Source: Eubacteriales bacterium (GTDB taxonomy: Bacteria > Bacillota > Clostridia > Oscillospirales > UBA644). From it: a DNA stretch of 60,648 bases. The stretch spans positions 1-60,648 of the forward strand of contig JAZSCR010000173.1 of NCBI GenBank assembly GCA_045530715.1. The letters are read 5' to 3'. Under the pieces are notes generated by a model. It ran no database searches and had not been told where the DNA came from. It saw only the letters and a program-made list of their open reading frames with translations. The position numbers and the translations under genes were made by a program. Position 1 is the first letter of the stretch. Every line of letters starts with the position of its first letter. Positions 44,753 to 54,848 of this stretch are shown here, piece by piece.

Positions 44753-45313
44753 TTAGCCGTTTGCGGAAATGATTTTGTCGGCAACGTTAGCGGCAATCTC
44801 AACTGCTGAAATAATGGCGTTTGAGGTATAAGTGGCTCCGCTTACCGAGTCTACCGATGAAAGTTTGGAAGTGTATATGTCATTGAATATGGGGAGCATC
44901 CCCTCTTCTGTAAGTATGGGGGCGCCGATACTGGGCGTTTCGGTGTGGGAGATGACCTTTACTCCTTCAACTTTTGAGCCGGTGGTTATTCCCACAATAA
45001 AGGATACGTCACCGCTAAAGCCTACCGTTGTTACTTCAAAGCAGTATGCTACGATATATCCGTCCTGCCTTACGGCATAAACGGAGGCAATGTTTTCGCT
45101 TTCCTTTTCTGTCAGGTCGTAGGAGAGGACGGAAATTTCTCCGCCGGGGAATAGCTCGGAAATAGCTCTGTCAATTTTTGCAGAGGTGTTCTTTGCTATA
45201 ACGTCTTTTGTAACGAAGTTTACGCAGGTAACCAGGAGAACGACTACAGCCGCTATTATCATCAGTCGCAGACCCATGAAGAGGTAGGAATTCTGAGCTT
45301 TGTTTTTACTCAT
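44753..45313 (-). CDS. rnfG: Rnf complex subunit G (FMN-binding)
   Basis: N-terminal TM helix and the FMN attachment motif SGATYTS. Confidence 0.85.
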   Translation of the reverse strand: MSKNKAQNSYLFMGLRLMIIAAVVVLLVTCVNFVTKDVIAKNTSAKIDRAISELFPGGEISVLSYDLTEKESENIASVYAVRQDGYIVAYCFEVTTVGFSGDVSFIVGITTGSKVEGVKVISHTETPSIGAPILTEEGMLPIFNDIYTSKLSSVDSVSGATYTSNAIISAVEIAANVADKIISANG

Positions 45314-46323
45314 TTCTTAATACCTCCCGTTCCGTATCTTTTGGGCTTTGTTATTTTATCGATACTGGTTGCGAAGATATTCATAAGGAGAATAGCATAG
45401 CTTACACCCTCTGCGTATCCGCTGTAATAACGGAGAATTACGGTAAGGAGACCACAGCCTACGCCGTAGATGATCTTACCCTTTCCCGTCATGGGTGAGG
45501 TTGTGTAATCGGTAGCCATAAATACAGCGCCGAGTATAAGTCCTCCGCTGAGTAAATGGGCAAGCATAAATTTCCAGTCAAAGTATCCATCGCTGAGGGG
45601 GAATACGAAGGTCAAGAGGGCAACCGTGCCCAAATAAGTAACGGGAATATGCCAGGTTATTACTTTTCTTACAAGGAGATAGGCGCCTCCGAGAAGAAGG
45701 AGTACGGCAGATATTTCACCTATACAGCCCGCCTGATTTCCGATAAAGAGGTCAGTAAGGCTTTCCGCGGGCATAAGCCCTTCTTTGAGAGAACTTAAGG
45801 GGGTTGCTGTGGCTATGGCATCAATCCCGCTAAGATCCTCACCGTTTTTAAATATGGGGTCGTAAAGTATGGGTAACGTGTATGAGGCAAGAGGCTTTAC
45901 AAAGGTTGTCATAAGGATGGGCCAGGAAAACAGAAAGGCTCTTGCCGCGAGGGTAGGATTGAGGAAGTTTTTACCTATTCCGCCAAAAAGCATTTTTACA
46001 ACTACTATGGCAAAGAATGCTCCTACTACTGCTATCCAATAGGGGACGGTGACGGGCAGGCAGCAGGCAAGCAAAACTCCCGTAACTGCAGCAGACATAT
46101 CTCCTACGGTATTTCTCTTTTTTCTTATGAAGTTAAACAAACTCTCAAATGCCAGACAAGAAGCTACGGAGATTCCGCAGAGGGTAAGTACTCTGGGACC
46201 GAAGAATACGGTGGAAAGTATCACCGAGGGCAGGAGAGCTATTATCACGTCTATCATTATGGTTCTCGTGCTTTCGGGAGAACGGTAATGGGGGGAAGAC
46301 GTTACCAATAAACGTTTAGCCAA
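45310..46323 (-). CDS. rnfD: Rnf complex subunit D
   Basis: Polytopic membrane protein with the motif MATDYTTSP. Confidence 0.9.
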   Translation of the reverse strand: MAKRLLVTSSPHYRSPESTRTIMIDVIIALLPSVILSTVFFGPRVLTLCGISVASCLAFESLFNFIRKKRNTVGDMSAAVTGVLLACCLPVTVPYWIAVVGAFFAIVVVKMLFGGIGKNFLNPTLAARAFLFSWPILMTTFVKPLASYTLPILYDPIFKNGEDLSGIDAIATATPLSSLKEGLMPAESLTDLFIGNQAGCIGEISAVLLLLGGAYLLVRKVITWHIPVTYLGTVALLTFVFPLSDGYFDWKFMLAHLLSGGLILGAVFMATDYTTSPMTGKGKIIYGVGCGLLTVILRYYSGYAEGVSYAILLMNIFATSIDKITKPKRYGTGGIKK

Positions 46324-46344
46324 GGTTTTAATCTCCTTTCGGTA

Positions 46345-47658
46345 CTACTCTTCTCTGGGTACGTTTGCTTTTGCCATTCTCATTGCCTGTACCAAGTATA
46401 ATTTTCCGGGGCAGGTATAGGAACAGCATCCGCACTCTATACAGTCGGTTACGTTGAGTTTTCTGCACTCTTCAAATTCGTTCGCCATAGCGTGCTGATA
46501 TATCAGCGAGGGCATAAGTCTCATGGGACATGCGCTTATGCACTTGCCGCATCTTATACAGGTGGGATCGGCGGCAAAGTCCTCGTTATCGTTGCCGCTG
46601 AAGGCAAGGAGGGCGGAGGTGCGTTTAATTACGGGTGCATCTAACGTGTGTTGGGCGTTTCCCATCATGGGGCCGCCGTGAATTATCTTATAAGGATTGC
46701 TTCTGAACCCTCCGCAGTATTCAAAGAGGTCTGTGTAGGGTGTTCCTATTCTCGCAAGAATGTTTTTTGGAGTTACTACTGCGGGACCCGAAACGGTAAC
46801 AACTCTTTTTACCAGAGGCATTCCTTTGTAAATGGCTCTGAAAAGGGAAGCGCAGGTGTCAACGTTGAATACGGCACAGCCAATATCAATGGGGAGCTTT
46901 CCTGCGGGAATTTCTCTTCCCGTAAGAGCCTTGATAATCTGTCTTTCTCCGCCCTGGGGGTATTTTGCGGGGAGGACGGCTACAGATATGCCGGTGTCTT
47001 CGCAGGTGGATTCCATGGTTGCGATGGCATCGGGTTTATTAGATTCTATAACGATTACTGCCTCTTTTTTGTGTAGACAGTTCATTATCAGACGGATACC
47101 GCCCACTATGGCTCTGGGGTATTCAAGCATACCTCTGTGGTCAGCCGTTACGTATGGTTCACATTCCGCACCGTTGATAACCAGAGTATCAATCCTTTTT
47201 TCAAGGGCGGACTTGAGCTTTGCGTGGAGAGGGAAGCCCGCACCACCCATACCTACGACTCCGGAGTTTTTTGCATGTTCTATTATCTGTTCGGGGGCGA
47301 GGTCGTCTATATCGCCCTTAAATGCTTCAAGGGAAGGATCGGGCGTATCTTGAAAGTCGTTTTCTATAACCACAGACCTTACCTTGACCCCCGAAGGATG
47401 CCATTGAGGTTCTATGGCCTTTACTATACCCGAAACGGAGGAATGCACTGGGCAAGACAGTGCTCCCGAGGGATAGCCGATAACTTGACCCATATATACC
47501 TTTTCGCCAACCGATACTGCAGGGGTACAGGGTGTTCCCACGTGCTGTAAAAGGGGTATAACGACTACCGAAGGCGCAGGTAGTTCTTCAATAGACCTTG
47601 CCGACGTCTTCTCTTTATTGTATTCAGGATGGATACCGCCTCTTAATCGGAATGCCAT
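46345..47658 (-). CDS. rnfC: Rnf complex subunit C (NADH-binding, 2x[4Fe-4S])
   Basis: GMGGAGFP, CIRCGKCISACP and CIECGCCSYTCP motifs. Confidence 0.9.
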   Translation of the reverse strand: MAFRLRGGIHPEYNKEKTSARSIEELPAPSVVVIPLLQHVGTPCTPAVSVGEKVYMGQVIGYPSGALSCPVHSSVSGIVKAIEPQWHPSGVKVRSVVIENDFQDTPDPSLEAFKGDIDDLAPEQIIEHAKNSGVVGMGGAGFPLHAKLKSALEKRIDTLVINGAECEPYVTADHRGMLEYPRAIVGGIRLIMNCLHKKEAVIVIESNKPDAIATMESTCEDTGISVAVLPAKYPQGGERQIIKALTGREIPAGKLPIDIGCAVFNVDTCASLFRAIYKGMPLVKRVVTVSGPAVVTPKNILARIGTPYTDLFEYCGGFRSNPYKIIHGGPMMGNAQHTLDAPVIKRTSALLAFSGNDNEDFAADPTCIRCGKCISACPMRLMPSLIYQHAMANEFEECRKLNVTDCIECGCCSYTCPGKLYLVQAMRMAKANVPREE

Positions 47659-47738
47659 ATTCGTTCTCCATTTCGTTGGTGCAGACAGCTCTGCGTTGAG
47701 ATTGTTATAATAATATTCATAAGTATAAACTACTTACT

Positions 47739-47767
47739 ATAATAACATAAAATATTTTTTTTGTCAA
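47739..47767 (-). promoter_or_regulatory. Candidate SigA promoter for the rnf operon
   Basis: On the minus strand: TTGACA (47767-47762), a 17-nt spacer ending in TGt, then TATTAT (47744-47739). Confidence 0.5.
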
Positions 47768-47812
47768 TAGGAATACGCTTCCTGAGGGTAGTAACATATA
47801 ATTTCGTGCACG

Positions 47813-47840
47813 AAAAAACCCTCAGGCGATCGCCTGAGGG
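47813..47840 (-). terminator. Rho-independent terminator after rpmB
   Basis: On the minus strand: ccctcaggcg, loop at, cgcctgaggg, then tttttt. Confidence 0.85.
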
Positions 47841-47882
47841 TATTATCTGTTCGGAATTATCCGCTAAATTATTTCAGAATAA

Positions 47883-48071
47883 TTAAACAGTCTTCTGAAC
47901 CTTCTGAGTACGCATGCAGTGTGTGCAGACATATATGTGCTTGGGAACACCGTTTACAACTGTCTTGACTCTGCGAACGTTGGGCTTCCATGTACGGTTG
48001 GAACGTCTGTGAGAGTGGGACACTCTAATACCGAAGCTGACGCCTTTTCCGCAAATATCGCATTTTGCCAT
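47883..48071 (-). CDS. rpmB: 50S ribosomal protein L28
   Basis: A 62-aa ORF, MAKCDICGKGVSFGIRVSHSHRRSNRTWKPNV..., with a GGAGGTG RBS. Confidence 0.92.
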   Translation of the reverse strand: MAKCDICGKGVSFGIRVSHSHRRSNRTWKPNVRRVKTVVNGVPKHIYVCTHCMRTQKVQKTV

Positions 48072-48130
48072 AGTACCTACACCTCCGTTTGCGAAGAAGA
48101 CTTCGCTTATGATTTCACAATGTACGAATT

Positions 48131-48159
48131 ATTATAACATATGTGCGTGGATTTTGCAA
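48131..48159 (-). promoter_or_regulatory. SigA-type promoter for rpmB
   Basis: On the minus strand: TTGCAA (48159-48154), a 17-nt spacer ending in TGt, then TATAAT (48136-48131). Confidence 0.55.
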
Positions 48160-48251
48160 TACAATAAATCCAAATTTATTGTGACATTTTGCCTGTTTTG
48201 GGCTCAAAAAGGGGATAGTCGCCATAAAAACCCGTGGTTTAGACAGCGAAA

Positions 48252-48989
48252 TTACATATAGAATATGCTATCCTTGTACTCGTCCATAACCTTTTTGTTG
48301 TGAGCATCGCCGCCCTCAAGGTTTGCGCTCATAAATACGGGAGGAGTGATGCCTCTCTTTATGAATCCGGCCACTGCCTCGGAAACCACGGCGTTAAGAA
48401 TTGCCGCGCCTGCCGCTGTGGACGTGGGGCCTGTCTTTTCGGGGAAGTCGCCTACTTTTACGGCTGCGTCACCCTTTTCTCCGCAGTTGTCGAGAACTAT
48501 ATCGGAAACCTCAAAAAGTCTCTTGCCGCTGGAGTGACGGGAGGTAACTGCAGAGGAATATTCCATATTGGTAAGGCAAACTACGGTAGCTCCGTTTTCT
48601 CTTGCCTGGATAGCCATATCTACGCTTACGGCGTTCCTGCCGGAAACGGAATGGATTATAAGGAGGTCACCTTCACCGATTTCCTTTCTGTTTACGATGG
48701 TCTTTCCGTAGCCCTCTATTCTTTCTATATCGGAGGTAAGGGTTATGGGACGGGCATCAAGGGTAAGTCCGGGAGCAAATATGGGATTGATTACCACAAG
48801 GCCGCCCGAACGGTAAAAGAGCTCCTGCGCCAGAAGTCCTGCGTGACCGCAACCTACGGCGTATATTTTTTTCTTTGCAATGGATGCTTCAACTATAAGC
48901 TCTGCGGTCTTGTTTATGGCATCCATCTGGGTTTCGGATATTTTATCGAGAATCTTTTTGAGATTTTCGAGATACTGGTTTGAATACAT
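48252..48989 (-). CDS. SIS (sugar isomerase) domain protein, UPF0309-like
   Basis: A 245-aa ORF with the typical SIS pattern (IYAVGCGHAG, LLIIHSVSGRN). Confidence 0.7.
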   Translation of the reverse strand: MYSNQYLENLKKILDKISETQMDAINKTAELIVEASIAKKKIYAVGCGHAGLLAQELFYRSGGLVVINPIFAPGLTLDARPITLTSDIERIEGYGKTIVNRKEIGEGDLLIIHSVSGRNAVSVDMAIQARENGATVVCLTNMEYSSAVTSRHSSGKRLFEVSDIVLDNCGEKGDAAVKVGDFPEKTGPTSTAAGAAILNAVVSEAVAGFIKRGITPPVFMSANLEGGDAHNKKVMDEYKDSIFYM

Positions 48990-48991
48990 TT

Positions 48992-50035
48992 TTAGCCCTC
49001 CATTTTAGCGAGGCGAATGGCCTCTTCTATAATCTCTGTCTTGTATCTCATGTCGTCGGTGACGAATTGGTAGTCCTGCAGTTTTTTGCGCAAATCTTCA
49101 GCTTTTTCTTCCGTTATTTCACCACAGGTGCGGAGGACTGTATGTATTATTCCTCCCGTTACAGGCTCAAATTCGGGATATACGAATTCCATATCGGGGA
49201 ACTCTGTAAGGACGAGACCTGCAAAGTGGTCTATCATAAGGTTTGATACCTTCCAACCACCGCCTGCCACGGTGAATTTCATTCCCTTGGGAATATCGTG
49301 CTTTTTCAGTAGGGTTATGGCCTGTTCCGCCATCAGTTCTGCGGCCTGTATTATTATGTCGCGAGCAACCTCGTCGCCTTCCCACATAGCTCTTGAGAGA
49401 CTTTTTGTGGCAGATGCTATATCTTTTCTCTGATTGGGGCTTCTGTACAGCTTTACTACTTTTCTGATGTTCTTTCCGTAGCCGTATTGCTGAGGGATAA
49501 GTGTTTCCAGAAGACTCTTTTTGCCCCTTCCGTCGTAGGAACGGAGGGCGCCTCTGATAGCTTCGCATCCCATCCAATAGCCGCTGCCTTCGTCGCCGAA
49601 AGCCGCACCCCATCCGCCTATCATATCGTAGCTGTCGGAATCCTTGTTAAGAAAACAGTCGGAGCCTGTGCCCGAGAGAGCCAAAAGTCCGTCTCCCGTA
49701 AGGGAGCTTGCAAGCTGTCCTACGGCACCCTCCGAAAGGTGAACTATATTTTTAGTATTGGTCTTCTGGTTAAGGATTTCAATAAAATCGTCGGTGGGAC
49801 CCGCAATGGTAATGTATACGTGGTCAAAGCTGTATTTTCCGTTTTCGTCGGGCTTTTCTTCGAGTCCCGAAAGAAGCCCGTCAAGGCATTCTTTTATGGT
49901 GTTTACCACATCTTCTTTAGTGGCAAAATTAGGGTTTACAGTCGAGCCTTTTCCTACGGAAACTATACTGCCGTCCTCTGTGAAGGCAAGGGCGAGAAGC
50001 TTTGAGCCGCCGCCGTCAACTGCCATATTGAGCAT
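48992..50035 (-). CDS. BadF/BadG/BcrA/BcrD-type ATPase, N-acetylglucosamine-kinase-like sugar kinase
   Basis: ASKHA-fold motifs: VDGGGSK at the N-terminus and GWGAAFGDEGSGYW. AAGGGAG RBS. Confidence 0.7.
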   Translation of the reverse strand: MLNMAVDGGGSKLLALAFTEDGSIVSVGKGSTVNPNFATKEDVVNTIKECLDGLLSGLEEKPDENGKYSFDHVYITIAGPTDDFIEILNQKTNTKNIVHLSEGAVGQLASSLTGDGLLALSGTGSDCFLNKDSDSYDMIGGWGAAFGDEGSGYWMGCEAIRGALRSYDGRGKKSLLETLIPQQYGYGKNIRKVVKLYRSPNQRKDIASATKSLSRAMWEGDEVARDIIIQAAELMAEQAITLLKKHDIPKGMKFTVAGGGWKVSNLMIDHFAGLVLTEFPDMEFVYPEFEPVTGGIIHTVLRTCGEITEEKAEDLRKKLQDYQFVTDDMRYKTEIIEEAIRLAKMEG

Positions 50036-50256
50036 ACTGAATCTCCCTTCCGCCGCCTTTTTTGCGGCATAAAGTAAAACGTCTTTTATTAATATTACAC
50101 CAAAATCAAAAAAAAGTAAAGGGGCAATATGAACAATAATGTGATTTTAGAGGTAATTTTTTTATGGGAAACAGTCAAAAGCCCATGTTTGAAGGGTCAA
50201 AAAGGGCTTTGGGAACCGAAAATTGGGAAGATTTGTTTAAACATTCGATTTAAAGG

Positions 50257-50285
50257 TTGCAATTAATGAATATATGTGTTATAAT
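50257..50285 (+). promoter_or_regulatory. SigA promoter with an extended -10 for smc
   Basis: TTGCAA (50257-50262), a 17-nt spacer, then TGtTATAAT (50277-50285). Confidence 0.55.
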
Positions 50286-50341
50286 AATATAATTAATAGG
50301 GCTTTTGGTCAGCCCTAAACCAACCGAAAGGAAAAGACCGT

Positions 50342-53300
50342 ATGCTTCAGTTAAAATCCCTTGAATTACAAGGCTTTAAGTCTTTCCCCGACAAAACGGT
50401 AATTGAGTTTGCCAGCGGTATTACTGCCATAGTAGGGCCCAATGGTAGCGGTAAGAGTAATATAGCCGATGCTCTCAGATGGGTAATGGGCGAAACGTCC
50501 TCAAAGACTCTCCGCGGAAACAAGATGGAAGACGTTATCTTCGACGGTACAAAGGCTCGTAAGGCTCTTGGCTTTGCCCAGGTAACTATGTGCTTTGATA
50601 ACAGCGGCAGAGAGCTTGATATAGACTTCTCCGAGGTTTCCATTGCCAGAAGATATTATCGTTCGGGAAACAGCGAATATTATATCAACGGAGCTCAGGT
50701 AAGACTGAAGGACATTCAGATTCTTCTCAGGGATACGGGTCTTGGTAAGGACGGCTATTCCATAATCGGTCAGGGCGCCGTTACCGACATAATCAGCGCC
50801 AAGAGTAGTGAAAGAAGGAGCGTTTTTGAAGAAGCCGCGGGTATATCCGGCTTTAAGTACAGACGTGACGAGAGCGCGAAAAAGCTCTCTATGACAAACG
50901 ATAATATTCTCAGACTTAACGATATACTTACCGAAATATCCGCCCGACTTCCTATTCTTGAAAAGCAGTCGGAAAAGGCCCGTAAATATATCGCTTACAG
51001 AGAAGAGAAGAAGGTTCTCGATATAGGTATATGGCTTTACGAAGACGTAAGGCTTACGGGAGAAAACGCCCGTCTTGAAGGGGTCATAGACACCCTTAAC
51101 ACCGACCTTTCGGGATGCTCTATGCGTATGGCATATCTTGCCGACGTTACAGAGGCGGCAGAAAGTCGCGTAACAGAACTTACAGTGGAAATAGAATCTG
51201 TCAGAGGGGATATAAAGCGTACCGAGGACAGCGTCCGTGAACACACCGGACGTATAATGGTTCTTGATAACGATATAGCCCACGCAGAGGCTGATATAAA
51301 GCGACTTTCGGACGAATCCGACGCCGCTGTGAAATATACCGAAGAGCTTAACGAAAAGAAAAACGGTGTTCTTCTTCAGATATCCGAAAATAACGAAAAG
51401 CTTACCGCCATTGACGGAGACTTATTCTCCGTTCAGAACGAGCTTGAGGAAAAGAGCTCCGAGGACACCGGTTTCTACAAGAGCATGGCTGATCTTAAAA
51501 ACCGCATGACGGAAGTGGCCTCCGAAAAGAGCGAGGTTGCTGTAAAGGCCGCTGCTCTGGCGCAGAGAAAAGCCGATGCCCAGGACAGACTTATCTCTTT
51601 GTCTACCGAGGCTGAGGATGCGGAAGAAAGACTCAATACTCTTGCCGTTGCCCGTAAGGGAATGGAAGAAGAGATGTCGGCCGTTAAGGAAAGAATAGCC
51701 GAAAACGGAAATATGGTAAAGGGTCAGAGTCTTAAGTGTGAGCTTCACAAGAATAAGCTTGCAACCCTTACCGAAAACTGCTCAAGTCTGAAGTTTGAGC
51801 TTGCAAAGGCTGAAAACAGATATGCTATGCTCCGTGATATGGAACAGAATCACGAGGGCTTTACCGGAAGCGTTCATATGGTTATCAAGGAGGCCGCAAG
51901 AGGCATTCTTCGCGGTATCGTAGGTACCGTTTCCGAGATACTTACCGTTCCCGCAGAATACGCTACCGCAGTAGAGGTTGCTCTCGGTGCGGCTATTCAG
52001 AATATAGTTACTGAAAATGAAGCTGATGCGAAGAACGCCATATTCTTCCTCAAGTCAAGAAACGGCGGCCGCGCAACCTTCCTGCCCCTTACTTCCATAA
52101 AGGGACGTAAACTGGACGTTCGCGGAGTGGATATGGAGCCCGGATATCTGGGTATAGCCTCCGACCTTATTTCATTTGACGAAAGATATAGAGATATTGC
52201 GGAAAATCTTCTCGGCCGTACCGTTATAGCCGAAACCCTTGACGATGCTTCCGATATAGCCAAGAGATATAAGTTTGCCTTCAGAATAGTAACCAAGGAC
52301 GGCCAGATAGTTAATGCTGGCGGTTCCATGACGGGTGGTTCTGCGGCAAAGAACGCAGGTGTGTTCAGCAGAAGAAGTGAGCTTGAATCCCTTAAGGAAA
52401 AGCTTGGCGAACTTCGTGAAAAGTACGACCTTTGTTCGAAGGAGCTTTCCGCCGCAGAAAAGGAGAGCGAAAGACTCAATACCCTTCTTTCGGGACTTCA
52501 GAGCGAGTCTAACGATCTTGAAAAGCAGCTTATAGAAAAGCAGAGCTCCCTTTCATACAATAGCGAGTACACTGAAAACATAAAACGCCAGATATCCTCA
52601 ATCAAGGAAGAAACTGCTAAAAACAAGGCGGAACTCCTCTCCTTTGACGGGGAAAACGAAAAGTTGGAACTTTTCAATAAGGGTCTTATTGAAAAGGAAA
52701 ACGGCCTTAATGCCGAGCTTGCTGCCCTTGAAGATGCCCACGCAGGCCTTAAAGCTGAGCGTGACGCCTTGGTTACCAGGATAAACGACTTTAAACTCAA
52801 GAGACTGGAGATAACCAACGTTGGCGAGTCGTTGAAAAACGAAACCCTTCGTATAGATGAAGAAATAGAAAGATACAAATCCAATTCTCTTAACGCCGCG
52901 GAAAGCATAGAGAACCTCAAGGCTTCCATAAAAGGCTGTGAGGATGAGAAGGCAGAACTCGTTCTTGCTCTTGAAAAGGCTTCTACCGCTACGGCGGGCT
53001 ATGATGCGGATATTACCAAAAAGACGGAGGAAAGACTCCGTCAGGAAAAGAAGATATCCGACTGCAGAGCCGAGGAGAAAGAGATATACGCACGCAAGGA
53101 GGACTTGGTACGCGAGCTTGAAAAGGTTACCGCCGCCAAGAATTCCGCTGCCGACAAGCTTGCTTCTATGCAGGCAAAGCTTTGGGACGAGTACGAGGTT
53201 ACTCCCACCGAGGCAAGGGACGGATATCAGCCTCCCGAAGATATCAGGGATGCCACCGGCCGTGCCGAAGAGCTTCGTGGAAAGCTCCGTGCTTTGGGTG

Positions 53301-53908
53301 AGGTAAACGTTTCCGCCATTGAAGAGTACGTGGAAATAAAGGAAAGACACGATACTCTGTCGGGTCAGATTAAGGACCTTGCCGAGGCGAAGGAAAGCCT
53401 TGAAAAGCTCATAGCCTCCCTTGAAGAGGATATGAGAAAGATATTCGACGATAAGTTCAAGATAATCAGCGTTGAGTTTGAAAAGGTATTTAAACAGATG
53501 TTTAACGGCGGTGAGGCAAAGCTCACCCTGGTTAACGACGATGACGTTCTTGAAAGCGGCATTGAAATATATGTAGCTCCTCCGGGTAAAATAATAAAGA
53601 ATATGTCCTCTCTTTCGGGCGGTGAGCAGGCTTTGACTGCAATATCTCTTTATTTTGCCCTGATGAAAATAAATCCCTCACCCTTCTGTCTGTTTGACGA
53701 AATAGAGTCTGCTCTTGACGACGTTAACGTAGTAAGATTTGCCGAATATTTGTATAATCTTACTCCCGAAACCCAGATAATCGCCATAACTCACCGTAGA
53801 GGTACTATGGAGATCGCCGACAGACTTTACGGCGTAACCATGCGTGAGAAGGGTATATCCAAGATTATCACCATAAACGTTAATGAAATAGAAAAGGATA
53901 TGGCCTGA
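50342..53908 (+). CDS. smc: Chromosome segregation protein SMC
   Basis: A 1188-aa ORF with Walker A GPNGSGKSN, long coiled coils, a hinge, the signature LSGGEQ and Walker B LFDEIESALD. Confidence 0.95.
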   Translation: MLQLKSLELQGFKSFPDKTVIEFASGITAIVGPNGSGKSNIADALRWVMGETSSKTLRGNKMEDVIFDGTKARKALGFAQVTMCFDNSGRELDIDFSEVSIARRYYRSGNSEYYINGAQVRLKDIQILLRDTGLGKDGYSIIGQGAVTDIISAKSSERRSVFEEAAGISGFKYRRDESAKKLSMTNDNILRLNDILTEISARLPILEKQSEKARKYIAYREEKKVLDIGIWLYEDVRLTGENARLEGVIDTLNTDLSGCSMRMAYLADVTEAAESRVTELTVEIESVRGDIKRTEDSVREHTGRIMVLDNDIAHAEADIKRLSDESDAAVKYTEELNEKKNGVLLQISENNEKLTAIDGDLFSVQNELEEKSSEDTGFYKSMADLKNRMTEVASEKSEVAVKAAALAQRKADAQDRLISLSTEAEDAEERLNTLAVARKGMEEEMSAVKERIAENGNMVKGQSLKCELHKNKLATLTENCSSLKFELAKAENRYAMLRDMEQNHEGFTGSVHMVIKEAARGILRGIVGTVSEILTVPAEYATAVEVALGAAIQNIVTENEADAKNAIFFLKSRNGGRATFLPLTSIKGRKLDVRGVDMEPGYLGIASDLISFDERYRDIAENLLGRTVIAETLDDASDIAKRYKFAFRIVTKDGQIVNAGGSMTGGSAAKNAGVFSRRSELESLKEKLGELREKYDLCSKELSAAEKESERLNTLLSGLQSESNDLEKQLIEKQSSLSYNSEYTENIKRQISSIKEETAKNKAELLSFDGENEKLELFNKGLIEKENGLNAELAALEDAHAGLKAERDALVTRINDFKLKRLEITNVGESLKNETLRIDEEIERYKSNSLNAAESIENLKASIKGCEDEKAELVLALEKASTATAGYDADITKKTEERLRQEKKISDCRAEEKEIYARKEDLVRELEKVTAAKNSAADKLASMQAKLWDEYEVTPTEARDGYQPPEDIRDATGRAEELRGKLRALGEVNVSAIEEYVEIKERHDTLSGQIKDLAEAKESLEKLIASLEEDMRKIFDDKFKIISVEFEKVFKQMFNGGEAKLTLVNDDDVLESGIEIYVAPPGKIIKNMSSLSGGEQALTAISLYFALMKINPSPFCLFDEIESALDDVNVVRFAEYLYNLTPETQIIAITHRRGTMEIADRLYGVTMREKGISKIITINVNEIEKDMA

Positions 53909-53939
53909 TAATACTACTTTCCGACGAAAGGTTATTTTA

Positions 53940-54848
53940 ATGGGATTACTTGATAAGATAAAACAGGGTCTTTCAAAGACCAAAAACAATATAAGCGACG
54001 GTTTTAACTCCATATTCGCCAATTTCAGAAAGGTTGACGAGGATCTTCTTGACGAGCTTCTTGACCTGCTTTTAGCGGCTGACGTTGGAATTGAAACCTC
54101 CGAAACTGTTATAGATACCCTCCGTAATGCCGCAAAGCTTAAAAAAATAGAGGATGCGGATTCTCTTAAGCAGGAGCTTTGCCTTATACTTACCCAGCTT
54201 ATGGACGGAGATAACACCCTTAACCTTAACTCCAAGCCTTCCATAATCCTTGTCGTCGGCGTTAACGGTGTGGGGAAGACCACTACCATTGGTAAGCTTG
54301 CCGCCTCTCTTAAATCTCAAGGAAAAAGCGTTATTATAGGTGCCGCCGATACCTTCAGAGCTGCCGCCATAGAGCAGATAGAGATATGGGCTCAGAGAAG
54401 TGATATAGAGATTGTAAAGCATCACGAGGGTTCAGACCCCGCATCTGTGGTGTTTGATACCATAAAAGCGGCAAAGGCCAGGGGTACTGACGTTATAATC
54501 TGCGATACCGCGGGCAGACTTCATAATAAAAAGAACCTTATGGATGAGCTTGCAAAGATATCAAGAATAATCGACAGAGAACTTCCCGAAGCCGATAAAG
54601 AGATTTTGTTGGTTCTTGATGCTACTACGGGTCAGAATGCCGTAAATCAGGCAAAGGACTTTAAGGCCTCTACCGGAATAACGGGCGTGGTTCTCACAAA
54701 GCTTGACGGTACCGCAAAGGGTGGCGTTACACTTTCTGTTAAAGAGGTTACGGGAGTTCCCGTAAAGCTTATCGGAGTAGGTGAGCAGATGGACGACCTT
54801 CAGCCCTTTGATCCCGAAGTTTTTGCAAAGGAGCTGCTCGATCTGTGA
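53940..54848 (+). CDS. ftsY: Signal recognition particle receptor FtsY
   Basis: NG domain motifs GVNGVGKTTT, DTAGR and TKLDG. Confidence 0.93.
   Translation: MGLLDKIKQGLSKTKNNISDGFNSIFANFRKVDEDLLDELLDLLLAADVGIETSETVIDTLRNAAKLKKIEDADSLKQELCLILTQLMDGDNTLNLNSKPSIILVVGVNGVGKTTTIGKLAASLKSQGKSVIIGAADTFRAAAIEQIEIWAQRSDIEIVKHHEGSDPASVVFDTIKAAKARGTDVIICDTAGRLHNKKNLMDELAKISRIIDRELPEADKEILLVLDATTGQNAVNQAKDFKASTGITGVVLTKLDGTAKGGVTLSVKEVTGVPVKLIGVGEQMDDLQPFDPEVFAKELLDL

Noticed and set aside
50129-50266. A 45-codon ORF (MNNNVILEVIFLWETVKSPCLKGQKGLWEPKIGKICLNIRFKGCN) with an AAAGGGG RBS in the kinase/smc divergent region.
   Set aside because: Its 3' end overlaps the -35 box of the best smc promoter. It has no recognisable motif and an odd composition. 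I cannot test conservation here, so I did not report it as a gene.
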